Assembly: GCA_002633005.1 (NCBI GenBank)
Contig: NMRA01000024.1
Span: forward strand, 389,803 to 453,802
Origin: Phoronis australis
Lineage: Eukaryota; Animalia; Phoronida
DNA: 64,000 nucleotides
Direction of reading: 5' to 3'
The notes beneath the pieces were generated by a model, which was not told the origin of the DNA, did not search any database, and saw only the letters and a program-made list of their open reading frames with translations. Every line of letters starts with the position of its first letter. The stretch's first letter is position 1. A program made the position numbers and the translations under genes. Below are positions 62,901-64,000 of this stretch, piece after piece.

Positions 62901-63894
62901 TTTACATTAGTTGCAATTACGTCGGCCGGTGTTGCAACATCCGCACATAAAACTCTTTTTATGTTGCAATTACGGTGTTTTGACGTCAGTGTGACATCTT
63001 TGCAGTGACATAGAACTCTTATTTTTCGCGATTACGGCTTCCCGACCTCAATACAACAAGCAGAAAAACATTTCATTGCACTGCGGTGCCCGCACAAAGG
63101 CATTAAACGTACACAACCTACATCGACCAGCTTTCTTGCGCAACGATGTACAAGGCCTTGGCTGGCTTGAATTCAAAATTCCATATACCAAAAGCGACAA
63201 AGATGTAAGCATTGTGCAGTTGCATATTGAGATGGAGCTGTGTCCTAGAAAATTATTCTTTTGTCAACAAATTTTTCCTTAATGTAGATCGACTTATGTA
63301 CTACGTTCAAATAGTATCAACTGTCGTCTGCTTCAGATTTGTACTGGATAAACCCTCAATACAAAGTTGAGCTGGTAACACCCGACTCGGACAACAATGA
63401 TGGACTGTGTACATTGGTGGCGTCGTTGATGGAGAAAGAAAAAAGGTCAGGGCAGCAGGTTGACCTAGCAACAGGATTGGACATTTTTGAGGTAATCTGA
63501 TGTTTATCAGATGCTGTGTTTCTGTTTTATTTTTGAAGTTACATAAGAGAGATCTGAAATGACATTTCAGAACGCCGTATCTAGGTTAACGGAATGAACT
63601 TTTTTAAAAGTAATTAAAATTAGTGAATATCAATTTTGGTTAGATGCACAAACATCTGACATTAATTATTTAGATGCGGCCAAATGTACCAACCGAACTT
63701 TTAAACGCAAAGAATCTCGACCTTCGAGCAATGAAAATTGTCAAGAGGACTGACATGTACGCTTACAAAAGAGAAGTGAGCCACCATCTGCGCGTGAAAC
63801 CAGGAAAGTACGTCATTATTCCCTCAACGTTTCGCCCAGGAATGGAAGGGAATTTCCTGCTTCGAATCTACACGCAAAAGGAAGCTCCATCTAG
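53997..63894 (+). CDS. Calpain (CysPc protease core plus C2L/domain III), first 12 exons, continues beyond window
   Basis: Exons 53997-54155, 55595-55664, 56647-56754, 57533-57710, 58630-58807, 59200-59286, 59772-59857, 61191-61268, 62132-62225, 62437-62524, 63337-63491, 63674-63894; 1502 nt in one frame, all GT-AG. Motifs [18 protein letters not shown] (Cys), [19 protein letters not shown] (His), RLRNPWG (Asn), [24 protein letters not shown]. In-frame stop upstream of the ATG. Confidence 0.95.
60137..60369. mobile_element. PIF/Harbinger-type MITE in calpain intron 7
   Basis: cag|GGGCCCGTTCCA...aactgactta ... taagtcagtt...TGGAACGGGCCC|ctg; CWG flanks; internal gacttaag-type repeats like those in 13018-13265. 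Confidence 0.75.
60874..60925 (+). repeat. 21-bp imperfect tandem repeat
   Basis: acctagtgtgcggagggatct / acctaatgtgcggagggatac. Confidence 0.7.
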
Positions 63895-64000
63895 GTGAGT
63901 TATGAGCACTGAATAGTTTGTAAGTGATGCTATACAGCTACCAGTTGGAATTTTACGAAGAACGGTAGCAACCTATTCGTCTCCTTCGTCGCACAATGGC

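Noticed and set aside
1-64000. CRISPR array, rRNA, prokaryotic operon or intact transposase/RT gene
   Set aside because: No regularly spaced repeat-spacer array, rRNA-like sequence or long TE ORF seen; gene structure is eukaryotic throughout.

Overview
AT-rich animal (probably invertebrate) genomic scaffold with spliceosomal introns, three N gaps and four single-N joins. Four protein-coding genes can be built by hand from GT-AG splice sites with consistent phases: (1) the last two exons of a PBLD/PhzF-family gene (+, 1032-1560); (2) an intronless Atoh8/Net bHLH gene (-, 21347-22204) in a gene-poor region with a TATA box and upstream E-box clusters; (3) a 6-exon, ~628-aa ankyrin-repeat gene resembling the espin/forked ankyrin region (+, 34516-44408); (4) the first 12 exons of a calpain with intact Cys/His/Asn triad and C2L domain (+, 53997 to beyond the window end). 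Non-coding DNA carries many transposon derivatives: hAT, PIF/Harbinger, Kolobok-like, P/hAT-like and Transib-like non-autonomous elements (several with target-site duplications), tRNA-derived SINEs, an L1/Tx1 ORF2 remnant and a Penelope remnant with a minimal hammerhead ribozyme. Three near-identical 0.9-1.45 kb tandem duplications abut N characters and are probably uncollapsed haplotypes; one duplicates a coding exon. I found no clearly novel multi-gene system; the best leads are SINE-body foldback hairpins, the Transib-like MITE, hammerhead motifs and the espin-like gene. Family assignments come from motif recognition by eye, not from database searches.
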